A stretch of 64,000 bases of DNA. It comes from a virus (Duplodnaviria; Caudoviricetes). The DNA is taken from positions 11,384 through 75,383 of IMG/VR virus record IMGVR_UViG_3300020576_002141; one strand, written 5' to 3'. The translations under genes were made by a program, and so were the position numbers. The notes beneath the pieces are model-generated. The model did not search any database. It had not been told where the DNA came from and worked only from the letters and a program-made list of their open reading frames with translations. Positions 25,936-37,800 of this stretch are shown here, in pieces (within the stretch, counting starts at the first letter, position 1; each line of letters opens with the position of its first letter).

Positions 25936-26933
25936 TGTCAATAGATATTACACAACTATCTTCTGAAGTGTCTGGACTTATACTCGCTGCGGGTGTGAGC
26001 GGAAACCTTATAGCATTGGTTCAAGGGGAACAAGGCGAACAAGGCGATCAAGGCTTACAGGGAAATGATGGTATAGGAATAACATCTGGCGGGCTATCTG
26101 GGCAGTTTCTTATCAAAGCCGGAACTGCTGATTATGAGACACAATGGGCATCTTTGACTATCACTTCGGGGCTTATCGGTGGCGTTTATGTCGATACTCC
26201 TTCTAATGGGCAGGCATTGGTTTGGGATGACGCAAACCAATATTTCACTAATCGAGATGTTAGTGGAAGCTCGTCCTCTTCTTCCGCAGCATCCACGTCT
26301 ATTACCGTAACGCAAGCAGCTCACGGATTAACAACCGGACAAGTAGTATATTACAACGGATCTATCTGGAGAAAAGCTCAGGCTGATTCTACATCGACAT
26401 TAGGAATCGGTATAGTACAATACTTAACCCCGAATACGTTTAACGTAGTATTCTCTGGGCAGGTATCTGGATTTTCTGGATTATCAGCTGGCAACTATTA
26501 TTTCGTATCTGATAGTTTGAGCGGCGGGCTAACTTACAACGAACCAACTATAAGCAACCCACTTGTATTTGCGGTAAGTACCACAGCCGGAATTGTCATT
26601 CCTTGGAGACCAGTTGATAATAGCGCATTTCAATCAGATTATGTTAGCGTTACTGCTGGAGTTTTCACGGTATCTCAGCTAGTAGATTATATTTACTGCG
26701 ATTGCTCTTTAGGAGGAATAACTGCTTCTCTCCTTTCGGTAGCAGATATTCCCGGGAAAGCGTATACTTTCAAAAAGCTGGATTCTTCTTCTGTCAATAA
26801 CATAAAAATACAACCAGATGGCTCAGAGCTATTAGAATCTGGATCGAACTATACACTAACAGGCCAGTATAGCTCTATAACAATAGGAAACAACGGCGTT
26901 CAGTGGTATATCCATAATATTTACAGAGCATGA
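25935..26933 (+). CDS. Virion fibre/structural protein (short collagen, repeated HGL domain, gp9/10-like C-terminal domain)
   Basis: GEQGEQGDQGLQG; TQAAHGLTTGQVVY...PWRP domain; C-terminal KKLDSS...W domain. Confidence 0.65.
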   Translation: MSIDITQLSSEVSGLILAAGVSGNLIALVQGEQGEQGDQGLQGNDGIGITSGGLSGQFLIKAGTADYETQWASLTITSGLIGGVYVDTPSNGQALVWDDANQYFTNRDVSGSSSSSSAASTSITVTQAAHGLTTGQVVYYNGSIWRKAQADSTSTLGIGIVQYLTPNTFNVVFSGQVSGFSGLSAGNYYFVSDSLSGGLTYNEPTISNPLVFAVSTTAGIVIPWRPVDNSAFQSDYVSVTAGVFTVSQLVDYIYCDCSLGGITASLLSVADIPGKAYTFKKLDSSSVNNIKIQPDGSELLESGSNYTLTGQYSSITIGNNGVQWYIHNIYRA

Positions 26934-27595
26934 CAACTACTCCATTATCAACGTTTCAATTTACTGATTTCGTTACAGGAGAACCGAAGACCTTCTCCTA
27001 TAATGACCGAGGTGGCAGCACCCTCAGTATGTTTACGAATAACAGGATAAACACGTCTTTGGGAGTTGCTCCGGTATATCTAGGAACGATAAATCATTAT
27101 AATACGGTGTCAGATATGAGGCGCGGAGTATGGACTTCTATTTCTCTGGGAGCCACAATCAGGAGAACGGCTCCGGGTGGACCAATAGGAGAACTTACTT
27201 ATGGAAGCTATCGGATTAGTATTCTTGATGGTTTACCGACAGGACTATCCTATCGCGTAGAAAATGATGAAGTTGTGTTTTATGGCAATGATATTCAGTC
27301 TATTCCACCAGAAATCCAACAAGTTATAGATAATCCAACAACCGATAATTATCCAGTAAATATGGTTATAAATAATCTAAGGTGCTATTTCAGAATACGA
27401 GCGGAAAGAATATCTTTTCCTGATACATTATATAGTACATGGCTATACTATTTCATAGTCAGGACCAACTGGTCAACTATACGTGATGCGTTTATAGGAA
27501 ATATGCCCTGTAATAACTTTTCGTTCGATCAAATACATACAGTTTCTAATCAAGAGTTTATAGATACTCAAAAAGCCGACGGGTACTACTTATAG
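26930..27595 (+). CDS. Hypothetical virion protein
   Basis: 221-aa ORF coupled within the baseplate operon. Confidence 0.6.
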   Translation: MTTTPLSTFQFTDFVTGEPKTFSYNDRGGSTLSMFTNNRINTSLGVAPVYLGTINHYNTVSDMRRGVWTSISLGATIRRTAPGGPIGELTYGSYRISILDGLPTGLSYRVENDEVVFYGNDIQSIPPEIQQVIDNPTTDNYPVNMVINNLRCYFRIRAERISFPDTLYSTWLYYFIVRTNWSTIRDAFIGNMPCNNFSFDQIHTVSNQEFIDTQKADGYYL

Positions 27596-27605
27596 AAAGG
27601 GCAAT

Positions 27606-28211
27606 ATGTTTGTAAGCTTACTATTACTATTATCTGATACATTTTCTATATTTAAGAATATTGAAGTTTATTTGGGTATTGTAGCAGGAATGCTCACAGC
27701 TGGTGCGACCATCTGGAAGTTTGTAGTGATACCGGCTAGAAGAAATCTAAAGAAAATATCGGACGCTATTTCGTCTATTGGAGAGATTTCTTCTAGTATT
27801 AAACCAAACGGTGGTTCTTCTATAATGGATAGGCTATCCAGAATAGAGAAAACTATACTTTATTCTGAATCTAGACACAAGCTTCTCACATCCGCTGTTA
27901 ATGTTGCTATGTTCGAAACCGACAGTCAAGGAACTTGCCTTTGGGTAGCTCCCTCTTGGACGGAAATAACTGGGATAGATAACGAAGACGCTCATGAAAA
28001 TGGTTGGCTGAACTCTATACATCCCGATGAAAGAGAAGAAGTCTACAAACAATGGCAAGCTGCGGTAGAGCAAAAACGAGAATTTAGAATGACCTATAAC
28101 ATAGTTAATATTAAAACAAACGATATTATTCATGTCAGGGGGTTAGCAAGGTCTCTTCGGGACCACAAAGGTAATGTTATAGGATTCGTAGGACTAATAA
28201 AGAGGATTTAA
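27606..28211 (+). CDS. Membrane-anchored PAS-domain protein (holin-like N-terminus)
   Basis: Hydrophobic segment IEVYLGIVAGMLTAGATIWKFVVIP followed by RRNLKK and KPNGGSSIMDRLSRIE; PAS signature FETDSQG.CLWV...W.EITG......GWLNSIHPDERE.V...W......EF. Confidence 0.8.
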   Translation: MFVSLLLLLSDTFSIFKNIEVYLGIVAGMLTAGATIWKFVVIPARRNLKKISDAISSIGEISSSIKPNGGSSIMDRLSRIEKTILYSESRHKLLTSAVNVAMFETDSQGTCLWVAPSWTEITGIDNEDAHENGWLNSIHPDEREEVYKQWQAAVEQKREFRMTYNIVNIKTNDIIHVRGLARSLRDHKGNVIGFVGLIKRI

Positions 28212-28213
28212 TA

Positions 28214-28507
28214 ATGCCATGCATGGGTGCTGCTAGGTTGGGTGATTGGTGTTCTGGCCACGGTTGCTTTCCACCAAGACAAAACAATGAAGGATCTCCT
28301 ACCGTGTTTGTCAATGGAAGAGGATGGCACAGGAAAGGCGACAACTGGCAGAGACATTCGTGCGGCGACAACAGACACTCTGGCACTCTAGCAGAAGGCT
28401 CCAGCACAGTCTTTATAAACAGCACACCGGCTGGAAGATTTGGTGATCCAGTTTCTTGCGGATCTGCTGTCATTACCGCTAGCGGAAATGTGATTTGTGG
28501 AGGTTAG
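28214..28507 (+). CDS. PAAR spike-tip protein (gp5.4-like)
   Basis: AARLGDWCSGH...GSPTVFVNGRGWHRKGD...H.C...H.G.LAEGSSTVFIN.TPAGRFGD.V.CGS. Confidence 0.92.
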   Translation: MPCMGAARLGDWCSGHGCFPPRQNNEGSPTVFVNGRGWHRKGDNWQRHSCGDNRHSGTLAEGSSTVFINSTPAGRFGDPVSCGSAVITASGNVICGG

Positions 28508-28520
28508 CTAAATATAAAAT

Positions 28521-28907
28521 ATGGATAACATCAAATATAGAGATCTAGATTTAGACTTTCAACGTCATCCAGTAACGAATGACGTTGTTGTTAAGATAAA
28601 TGCCGATGCGGTTCGTCGTTCTGTTAGAAATCTTGTTTTGATGAACTTGTTTGATAAGCCCTTTCATCCAGAAATCAGCACCAACCTCTCGGGTATCTTA
28701 TTTGAAAATATAACTCCACAAACCATTTATATACTAAAACAAAATATTCTCGATATATTGAGAAAATACGAAAAGCGTATCCAGCCAATCATTGTTGAAG
28801 TTAATGCTGATTTCAACAACAATGCTGTTTATGCTTTAATAGAATTTTATATAGTAAATATTCCAGGTAGATTTTCAGTAAATGTGCCGCTAGTAAGGAC
28901 CAGATAA
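28521..28907 (+). CDS. gp25: Baseplate wedge (T4 gp25-like)
   Basis: YRDLDLDFQRHPVTNDV...DAVRRSVRNLVL....KPFHPE...LFEN...YEKR. Confidence 0.95.
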   Translation: MDNIKYRDLDLDFQRHPVTNDVVVKINADAVRRSVRNLVLMNLFDKPFHPEISTNLSGILFENITPQTIYILKQNILDILRKYEKRIQPIIVEVNADFNNNAVYALIEFYIVNIPGRFSVNVPLVRTR

Positions 28908-30832
28908 TGGCAACAAATAGATCAAATCTTTCTATTACATCATTAGATTTTGATTCAATCAAGGAAAGCTTAAAAACTTATCTTAAAGCGCAAGATCAGT
29001 TCAGAGACTATGACTTCGAGGGGTCTGGTCTTAATATTCTATTAGATCTTTTATCTGCTAATACACATTATATGGCATTCTATGCCAATATGGTAGCCAA
29101 TGAAAGCTTTTTGGATAGCTGTAAGATACCAGAATCTGCTATTTCTATTGCTAAGCATTTAGATTATGTTCCAAAATCATACAGAGCCGCTGTAACCTAT
29201 GTTAACGTAGAACTGTTGAATGTTCCAGAAGAGACAAAGATAGCCATACGAAACGGGCGATCATACTACATTGTCCAAGGATCTCAGTTCACAGCCAAGA
29301 ATCCAGATGGAAGAACACTGACTTTTACTTCAACAAAAGATTCAAAAGTAGTCTATGATTCCGGTAAGTACATAGCAAACGATATAGAAATCAAAGAAGG
29401 AACTTATAAAACTGTAACCTATATTGTTGATGCAAACAATGATACTCAAAAATTTATTATTCCGGAACCAAATGTCGATACTACTACGATAGAGGTAAGA
29501 GTACAAAGATCGTTAACAGACACCACCGATTCTACTAGATTGTGGTATCTCGTAACAGATCTGAATAAGCTAACTGAAGACTCTTATTCTTACTTTCTTC
29601 AATACCACGATGGTGCATTTGAAATATATTTCGGAGATGGTATTGTAGGAAAACAACCAGAAACAGGAAACGTTGTAACAATAAAGTATCTTATTACATC
29701 TGGTCCGGAAGGAAACGAAATCGGAAAGAATGAATCCGCCTCGTCTCCTACTTTCACATACCTCGGCGACGCAGATTCGTCTGTCACTATTTCTACGGAT
29801 ACAAATGGAACATACATCTACACGTACGGTGGTTCTCTGCTTGAAAGTCTAGAATCTATCAAATACTACGCTCCAAGAAACTATCAAGCACAAGAAAGAG
29901 CGGTGACTGCTGAGGATTATCGCACCTTATTAGCCAGACAATACAGCGAACAAGCCGATTCCGTATTTGTTTGGGGTGGTGAAGACAATGATCCTCCGAT
30001 TTATGGAAAGGTATTTGTTTCCATCAAACCAACAAATGGCAAAAAATTCACTCAAGCCGAAAAATCAGCTATAGCAAAGAATATTCTCAAAGAGAGAAAT
30101 CTAGTATCAATAACACCGGAGATAGTAGATCCAGATTATCTGTATGTTCTAGTAACATCTGAAGTTCTATATGATCCAAAGAAAACCTCTTTGTCTCAAA
30201 CATCACTAGAAAATTTGGTTACACAAGGAATAATAGACTTCAGTGATACTTACTTGGAAAAGTTTGATAGAAATCTAAGATACTCCCGTTTCAGTTCAGA
30301 AATAGACAATATGGAAGATTCTATATTAAGTAATATCACCACATTCAGATTACAAAAAAGATTTGAACCAAATCTGGGAGTCACATCTTCGTATAGTATA
30401 AAGTTTGATAATGCCTTATTTCACCCCGTTGACGGATATTCTTCTATTCTGGAAAGTAACGCCTTCTATTATTACGACCCAGTAACTACAGAAAATAAAG
30501 TATGTTACTTAGATGATGATGGTTATGGAAACGTAAGAATATACAAAGTGGTCGATCAAGACAAAATCTACATAAATGAAACTGCTGGTACAATAAACTA
30601 TACCACAGGAAAAGTAACTTTAACTTCATTTAAGCCTGTTTCTATCTACGATGCAGCAGAATCAGAAATAAGAATAACAGTAACTCCTAATAAATCAGAT
30701 TTGTATTCTAGAAGAAATCTAATACTTATACTCGACGAAGATTATATTGACGTTACAGCTACAAAAGAAACATTAAGATATGATCCATATAATGCATCTG
30801 CTTCGTCATTCCCATATAATACAGGAACATAA
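28907..30832 (+). CDS. gp6: Baseplate wedge (T4 gp6-like)
   Basis: LDFDSIKESLKTYLKAQDQFRDYDFEGSGLNILLDLL..NTHY.AF.ANM..NESFLDS; ESLESIKYYAPRNYQAQERAVTAEDY; WGGEDNDPP.YGKVF. Confidence 0.96.
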   Translation: MATNRSNLSITSLDFDSIKESLKTYLKAQDQFRDYDFEGSGLNILLDLLSANTHYMAFYANMVANESFLDSCKIPESAISIAKHLDYVPKSYRAAVTYVNVELLNVPEETKIAIRNGRSYYIVQGSQFTAKNPDGRTLTFTSTKDSKVVYDSGKYIANDIEIKEGTYKTVTYIVDANNDTQKFIIPEPNVDTTTIEVRVQRSLTDTTDSTRLWYLVTDLNKLTEDSYSYFLQYHDGAFEIYFGDGIVGKQPETGNVVTIKYLITSGPEGNEIGKNESASSPTFTYLGDADSSVTISTDTNGTYIYTYGGSLLESLESIKYYAPRNYQAQERAVTAEDYRTLLARQYSEQADSVFVWGGEDNDPPIYGKVFVSIKPTNGKKFTQAEKSAIAKNILKERNLVSITPEIVDPDYLYVLVTSEVLYDPKKTSLSQTSLENLVTQGIIDFSDTYLEKFDRNLRYSRFSSEIDNMEDSILSNITTFRLQKRFEPNLGVTSSYSIKFDNALFHPVDGYSSILESNAFYYYDPVTTENKVCYLDDDGYGNVRIYKVVDQDKIYINETAGTINYTTGKVTLTSFKPVSIYDAAESEIRITVTPNKSDLYSRRNLILILDEDYIDVTATKETLRYDPYNASASSFPYNTGT

Positions 30833-30834
30833 AT

Positions 30835-32562
30835 GTGTCTATAAACGGCGATAACAAAATATCTCCTATAATAAAGAATGATCTTCCTCAATTCGTCAGG
30901 TTAGATCATCCTACGTTTATAGCATTCATGGAAAAGTATTATGAATGGCTTGAAGAACAGGGATCTTATCTCAGATCTCCTCTGGCTCTATCTACAGTAA
31001 ATGATATCGATAGTACGTTTGATGATTTTATTGGTAGTTTCAAAGCGCAGTTCTTGCTTGACTTTCCCGAAAATTTGGCTATAAACCAAACAACAGGAAA
31101 TCCTGTAGACGCTAAAAAATTATTAAAGCACATCAAACAGTTCTATAGAGCAAAGGGAACAGAGAAGACCTATGAACTTCTATTCAGAATTCTATACGAT
31201 ACAAATGTAGAATTTTATTATCCTAAGAATGATATACTTAGATGTTCTGATGGTAAGTGGATATTAAAAAAGACCATAAGAACTACTGTAACATCTGGAT
31301 CTAAAATATTTCATTCCCTCGGGCAAACAATAAAGCAATTTTCTTCCTCCGGAGCTGTTACCGCGTCTGGTCAAGTTTCAAACATTTCGAGATATCAGCT
31401 CGGTACTTTGGAAATATTTGAAATAGAAATAAACAACGTAAACGGAACTTTTCTAGCAAATGTTCCGGTTTATTATCAAGATAACTCCGGAAATACAATA
31501 AAAGAGCAGAAAGTTTATTCTGTTGTTTCAACTATTTCTATATCTAATGGTGGACAAAAGTATAGAGTGGGAGACAGAGTTGTATTTACAAATGCATCGG
31601 GTGACTCTGGTCAGCAAGCATCTGCTGAGGTATCACAGGTTGATTCAACTGGTAAAATTCTAAAGATAGCTATAACAAACTTTGGAATAAACTACAATGC
31701 AGCTCCTACTATAGCCGTATCGTCTGTCAAGGGAACGGGATTCTCTGGAACAGCAACAATTGGTGGCTTGTGTAATTTCGATGGATACTATCAGAATAAT
31801 GATGGAAAGTTAAGTTCTAATAAATTTTTACAGGACAATCATTATTATCAAAACTATTCCTATGTTTTGAAAACAGAAATAGTAGTTGATAGATATAAAG
31901 AAATAATCAAGAGATTGATTCACCCAGCCGGTCTTGGGTTCTTCGGTCAAGTATTAATAAAACGATGCGCTGAAGCAGATCTTCATAAATCATCTGCTTT
32001 GGTAAGATACGAAGTTCCTATCATCGGTCATTATGCCCCATATACTCCAAGAACATATGATGACCTTTACAATTGGTTTCAATCTGGTTCAACGTTTGCT
32101 GGCTATAATCCATCCTTTCATGATCCAATTATTATAACAGCAGCCGATTGTAACCCACTGACTAATGGTATTGTTTATCTTTCCGGAACTACAGCAGATT
32201 GGCAAGGCCTTTCTGGATTTGATAGAGCTGATCCTTTCTGGATAATATATCATCACCCAAATACAAGAATAGTAGATCCCGTAGTAGCTAGAATAGATTA
32301 TGCTGATAAATGGGAGTTTGCTGGTACTGGCGGTGTGACAGGCTGGACAGAATGGACTATGACATCTCAAGACCAAAGAAATACATGGATAGATGGATTT
32401 ACATCTGACTACAAGTATGCCAAGTTACAATATACAGGAACCAGCGAATTTAGAAAAATATCTATTAGAAGTTTCTTGACAATGCCTTTGGGTGATGAGT
32501 TTGATTGTAGAGCAGATCCGTCGGGCATAGTTCAATCACATGGCGAAAGTCCAAATTTTTGA
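30835..32562 (+). CDS. gp7: Baseplate wedge initiator (gp7-like)
   Basis: LPQFVRLDHPTFIAFMEKYYEWLE; FYRAKGTEKTYELLFRILY; LQDNHYYQNYSYVLKT...LIHPAG; GTG start. Confidence 0.85.
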   Translation: MSINGDNKISPIIKNDLPQFVRLDHPTFIAFMEKYYEWLEEQGSYLRSPLALSTVNDIDSTFDDFIGSFKAQFLLDFPENLAINQTTGNPVDAKKLLKHIKQFYRAKGTEKTYELLFRILYDTNVEFYYPKNDILRCSDGKWILKKTIRTTVTSGSKIFHSLGQTIKQFSSSGAVTASGQVSNISRYQLGTLEIFEIEINNVNGTFLANVPVYYQDNSGNTIKEQKVYSVVSTISISNGGQKYRVGDRVVFTNASGDSGQQASAEVSQVDSTGKILKIAITNFGINYNAAPTIAVSSVKGTGFSGTATIGGLCNFDGYYQNNDGKLSSNKFLQDNHYYQNYSYVLKTEIVVDRYKEIIKRLIHPAGLGFFGQVLIKRCAEADLHKSSALVRYEVPIIGHYAPYTPRTYDDLYNWFQSGSTFAGYNPSFHDPIIITAADCNPLTNGIVYLSGTTADWQGLSGFDRADPFWIIYHHPNTRIVDPVVARIDYADKWEFAGTGGVTGWTEWTMTSQDQRNTWIDGFTSDYKYAKLQYTGTSEFRKISIRSFLTMPLGDEFDCRADPSGIVQSHGESPNF

Positions 32563-32586
32563 GATAAATAACTAAAGAGGAAACAT

Positions 32587-34878
32587 ATGGGCGTTTGTGA
32601 TCCATTTAGACAGCAACTAAGACGTAATTTAATACAGAATTTCTATAAAGAGTTTGAGTCAAATCAAACAGATAGATATTTTGTTTCTATCGGTAAGATA
32701 GACGAATGGTCAGGAACTACCGCATCTACTAATGATGACTTTCCGCCAAGAAATACCGACAGCGTTCAATCAGATACCGATTTCTGGAGAGGTATTCTAG
32801 CATATAAGCGAGTATATGCCACTGATGTTTCCCTTGTGGTTCCAAGATATGATTGGGAACCAGGAGAGGTATATGATGCGTATAGAGACGATACCGATTT
32901 GTTTGACGATGAAAATCCATCAAAGTTTTATGTTCTGGTCGATGAGGAACGAGTTTATAAATGTATTGATAACAATTTTGATGCTGCATCAACCATAGCT
33001 CCAACTCATACCGACTATCAAATAAGAACTCTGTCCGATGGATATAGATGGAAGTTCTTATATCAGATTCCAGAATCAAAGAGAAAATTCCTCACTAAAG
33101 GATTCTCAAACAAAACCGGTTACATGCCTGTAGAATATGTCGAACGCTTATTAGAAGACGATGATAGAACTCTTCAATGGGCGACACAGCAAGCCGCGGT
33201 GGACGGTTCAATAGATCACATCGCAGTAAACGAAACCTTGCGCAATCAGATTATTTCATCTAGAGTTGTTTTTCCGTCTACCGACAATCAGGTGGCTTCT
33301 GCTGCTACAGCCGGATCTTATACTATTATCATTTCTGGACCAAACTTAGTTTATTCCAATGATTACTATAATAACATGGTGATCAAAATAGATTCTGGAT
33401 CTGGTGAAGGTCAACAAAGAATAATATCGGACTATCTGGCGGGTTCAAATACAGCAACCGTTACTATAGAAACTCCATTGGACATAGGTGTTACAGGAGG
33501 TACGGGATCTGATTTAAGCATTTATTCCATTTTACCACAAATAAGAATAGATGGAGATGGAAGAGCCTATAATAATGACCTCAACAGCCAGTCTTCTAGA
33601 GCAGAAGCAACTGTTACTTTTCAAGATGGAGTAACTGGATATAGGTATATTGACACGATAGAAATAATAGACTGTGGGCAAAATTATACATTCGCCGATG
33701 TAACGATAGTTTCTGGTTTAACGAGCGCCCCGGGAATAACAGCAGAACTAGCCAACCTAGCTTCAGCAGTCATTTCTCCTGTTGGAGGGCACGGCTCTAA
33801 TCCAGTAAAAGAACTAGGATGCTCTGCGTTGATGATAGTTCTAGATTTCGCTCAAGACGAAAATGGAAAAATATCTGTCGATAATGAATTCAGACAGTTT
33901 GGTTTAGTGAAGAATCCAGAGCTATATTATACCCAGAATAGAATACGCTTATTTCAAACTCCACCAGAATCGACTTATACAGCAGGCGATGGTGTTACGG
34001 CTTCTTCTGGAGGATTAGGCACAGTAGTTAGTTGGTATGGTGGTATAACAGGAGTAACAGGGACTAGTGAACTTGTTGTAGATGTTATTTCTGGATCATT
34101 TGCTATAGGAGCAACCGTCTCTCCAGGGTATACAGTTTATAGCATAGATGAAAGAACCATAGCCGGGACTGAAGGAAGAAACCTCAAACAAGTTTCTTTG
34201 GTTCCATCTGGTACAGCAGGAACAACTTTCAATCCAAGCGGAACAGATTTCAGTCGCGGTAAAGTAGTTGTCGCGTTGGGAAGCACAGCGGATACTGTAT
34301 ATCCAACTTACTCTATCGGAGAAGTTTACAGTTGGCAACCAGATGACGGCACCAACCTTTCGGGAAAACTATACCTGGAAAACTATCACGGAGAGTTTGC
34401 CAACGACGAGTTTGTATATCAAACAGACAGAAACATTTCCAGTATTAGTACATCGATTGGCCAAATAACAGATGCATCAGAGGTCGAGGAAGATAATCTG
34501 GATGTATATACTCAAACATTTAGTTTGCGTCTAATCTACAATGGAGTAAACACATTTACTACTTCTAGCTTCACGAATGATGATTTAGTTACATCTATCA
34601 GTGGATCCACTGAGGTTGCTAAGGGGTATGTAGTAGATTGGACTCCTGCAACAGGCGGAACTCAAGGCGATTTGACAGTAAATGGTGTCTGGGGAAGTTA
34701 TGCTACAGGACATGCTATAACATATTTTACTGGTGTTACGGGTGCTATTATAAATACTATACTTGAGGTACCAGATATAAGATATCATTCTGGTGAAATC
34801 CTACATATCCAAAATATAAGACCAGTAGAACGCTCAATCGAACAAAGAGAAGAAATCAAGCTTATTGTGGAATTTTAA
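32587..34878 (+). CDS. gp8: Baseplate wedge (gp8-like)
   Basis: VPRYDWEPGEVYDAY, FYVLVDEERVYKCIDNN, SDGYRWKFLY, SPVGGHGSNPVKELG, FRQFGLVKNP, SGEILHIQNIRPVER..EQREEIKL..EF. Confidence 0.92.
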   Translation: MGVCDPFRQQLRRNLIQNFYKEFESNQTDRYFVSIGKIDEWSGTTASTNDDFPPRNTDSVQSDTDFWRGILAYKRVYATDVSLVVPRYDWEPGEVYDAYRDDTDLFDDENPSKFYVLVDEERVYKCIDNNFDAASTIAPTHTDYQIRTLSDGYRWKFLYQIPESKRKFLTKGFSNKTGYMPVEYVERLLEDDDRTLQWATQQAAVDGSIDHIAVNETLRNQIISSRVVFPSTDNQVASAATAGSYTIIISGPNLVYSNDYYNNMVIKIDSGSGEGQQRIISDYLAGSNTATVTIETPLDIGVTGGTGSDLSIYSILPQIRIDGDGRAYNNDLNSQSSRAEATVTFQDGVTGYRYIDTIEIIDCGQNYTFADVTIVSGLTSAPGITAELANLASAVISPVGGHGSNPVKELGCSALMIVLDFAQDENGKISVDNEFRQFGLVKNPELYYTQNRIRLFQTPPESTYTAGDGVTASSGGLGTVVSWYGGITGVTGTSELVVDVISGSFAIGATVSPGYTVYSIDERTIAGTEGRNLKQVSLVPSGTAGTTFNPSGTDFSRGKVVVALGSTADTVYPTYSIGEVYSWQPDDGTNLSGKLYLENYHGEFANDEFVYQTDRNISSISTSIGQITDASEVEEDNLDVYTQTFSLRLIYNGVNTFTTSSFTNDDLVTSISGSTEVAKGYVVDWTPATGGTQGDLTVNGVWGSYATGHAITYFTGVTGAIINTILEVPDIRYHSGEILHIQNIRPVERSIEQREEIKLIVEF

Positions 34879-34890
34879 TCCGGAGAGAAA

Positions 34891-37800
34891 ATGGTTTACG
34901 ATTCGTCACTTTTCAACATAGACCCTTACTACGACGATTTCGACGAAACGAAGAATTTTCTTCGTATGCTATTTCGCCCTGGTTTTGCGGTTCAAGCAAG
35001 AGAACTAACTCAAATACAAACCATTCTTCAGAATCAACTGGAGAGATTTGGTAACCATCTTTTTTATGATGGAAGTATGGTTCTCGATGGTCAGATAACA
35101 GAAAACAGAGCCTATGTTGCTAGACTAACTTCTCTTAGTGGATCTACTGATATTTCTGATTACCTTTCATCTGTACTTCAGAAAGGAACAACCGGGCCTA
35201 AGATTAGAGTTCTTCATACAGAATCTGGATTAAGTGGATCCAGCGTTGACACCCACTCTTTGATTTATTTCAACTATATTTCTGGATCGTCTCTCACAGC
35301 CGGCGATGTCGTTTCTGGAACAGCCAGTGATACAGCCGTTTCTGCTACTATAATAGGTCTTACTGGAGTAACAGGTAGCGCGGTTGGTTCTTGTATGCTG
35401 GTCAGTGTAAATGATGGTATTCGTTATGTAGACGGTTTCTTCGTAAGACATGATGCACAAAATATCGGATTGTATGATGTAACCGGTCCTGCTGGATCTG
35501 AATACAGATACTTCGCATCTCCTACAGTAAGAGTTGGCTTTGATACCTCTAGATCATATGTGACTTCGGACGATGACACAAGCCTTCAAGATCCTTCGTT
35601 CGGTTCTTATAACTATGCAGCTCCCGGAGCTGATAGATACAAGATCGATTTGACTATCAATCAATATTCGTTTATTCCTACATCTACAGCAGCCACCGAT
35701 AACTTTTCTCGGCAAGACTTTGTGGAGTTTTTGCGTGTAGTTGATGGAGATGTTGTAAAGAAAGAACTTTATCCAGATTACTCAGTATTAGAAGACACAT
35801 TAGCAAGAAGAACTTATGATGAATCTGGTAACTATACCGTAAGACCTTTTGATCTTTCTACGGAAGTCGGTCCTTCTGATTCTACTTTGTATGCTAAGCT
35901 CGAAGCAGGAAAAGCATATATCTTTGGTTACGAGTTCGAAACACAGGGATCTACTAAAGTAAGCGTAAACAAAGCCAGAACTACTAGAGCAGTAACAGAA
36001 GAATCTGTAGATAGAACAATAGGTCCATATCTTTCTTCTATGCGGTTCAACGGAACAGCAGACAGCATCGGTCTAACATTTGCTACTAATAAGGGTGATA
36101 CGGTATACCTAGGTAGCTCTACTGGAAACAGTGCGTTTGCTGAAATTGGAACAGCTAAAATCAGACACGTAAACTTTGCATCTGGTTCCAACTATTATGT
36201 TTACCTATATGACGTTTCGTTTACTGGTGGAAATTCTGAACAAAGCATAAGATCCATTTATAGAGTTGGCCAGACAGCTTCAGGAAAACAAATATTTGAA
36301 ATAGCAAGTGGTACTACGGCTTCGTTCTCCAACGGTAACTATAATAACTTGTTGTTCGAAACAAACTATTCTGGATTGACTTCTGTAACCGATTTGCGTC
36401 TATATTATTGGGCTCATACTGCCATAACATTCAATTCAAGCAATGGTTACGGATTCATTCCTATAGGATCTTTCTACGATCAGTTTGTAGCCGACGAAAC
36501 TCCAGGAGATTTCCCACAATCTTCTGTGATGGTATTTTCTCCAGACGGAAGATCTCTGACAGGAACTCTTGATATAACAGGCGCTCCAGAGCAGCTAGAC
36601 CTTCGGTTGTCTGTGACGGGACCAACTTTTGGATACGTATACTACGAAGTAGAGGCTAACGATATAACTGACATCAGAACAAAGACTCTATCTTCTTCTA
36701 CGTTGAGCTTGACAGCCGGAAACGCGGTTATCCGTACAGACGAAAACAACAAGAAATACTTGACACTAAGTAACTATTATGATGTAGTTTCTATTAGTCA
36801 TATTACCGGAGATAACGGATCTGGTTTGACAGATATGACTTCGTGGTTTACTCTTGACACGGGTCAAAGAGATAACTACTACGATTGGGCTAGAATAGTA
36901 CTAAATCCATCAATAACTTCTTCTGCTTCGTTTACTGGTCCATACTCGGTATCACTAACAAGATACGTACATTCCGGAAACGGACCGTGTATAGTAAATT
37001 CTTATCCAACATATTCCACTATTCCTGATTACACAAGCACATCAACAGGAAAAGTATATAAGCTAAGAGATGTCATTGACTTCCGTCCTTATAAGGATTC
37101 TTCTGGATCTCTAACAGGATGCGATGTTCCTTCTGATAACGTCTTAGCTACTATTTCCTACAACCACTATCTTCCTAGAACAGACAAGATAGTTCTTACC
37201 AGAGACAGACAGTTCAATGTTATACAGGGAACTCCTAGCTTAGACGCCATCTCTCCTGCTGATGACGCCGATTCCATGACTCTGTACACAATAACATATA
37301 ATCCATATACCTACGACGAAAACGATGTAACCATAAGATACATCGAGAATAAGCGTTATACAATGCGTGATATAGGAAATCTGGAAAAGAGAGTTGACAA
37401 TCTAGAATACTATACTTCTTTGAGTGTCATAGAGCAAGAAGCAAAGAATACTGCTATCTATGACGAGTTTGGGTTGGATAGACCAAAGCTAGGAATACTA
37501 GTAGATACATTCAAAGGGCACAATATAGGTGACGTTCTTGACGAATACTATGCCTGCTCCGTAGATTACGAAAATTCTGCGCTTCGTCCTAAGTTTGCCG
37601 TTTCTGCTACACCAGTAGATTATACGGCTATAGTTCTACAATCTGGAATCACTTATACTTCCGACAACATTCTAATGGCTTCTTGGTCATCTTCTACTCC
37701 TACTATCATTCAGACTGTAGTAACCGATTCTATTCAAGTCAATAATACTGGAGTATTCCCGCTTCTCGGTAAAGTATCTCTTTCTCCATCTACTGATGCG

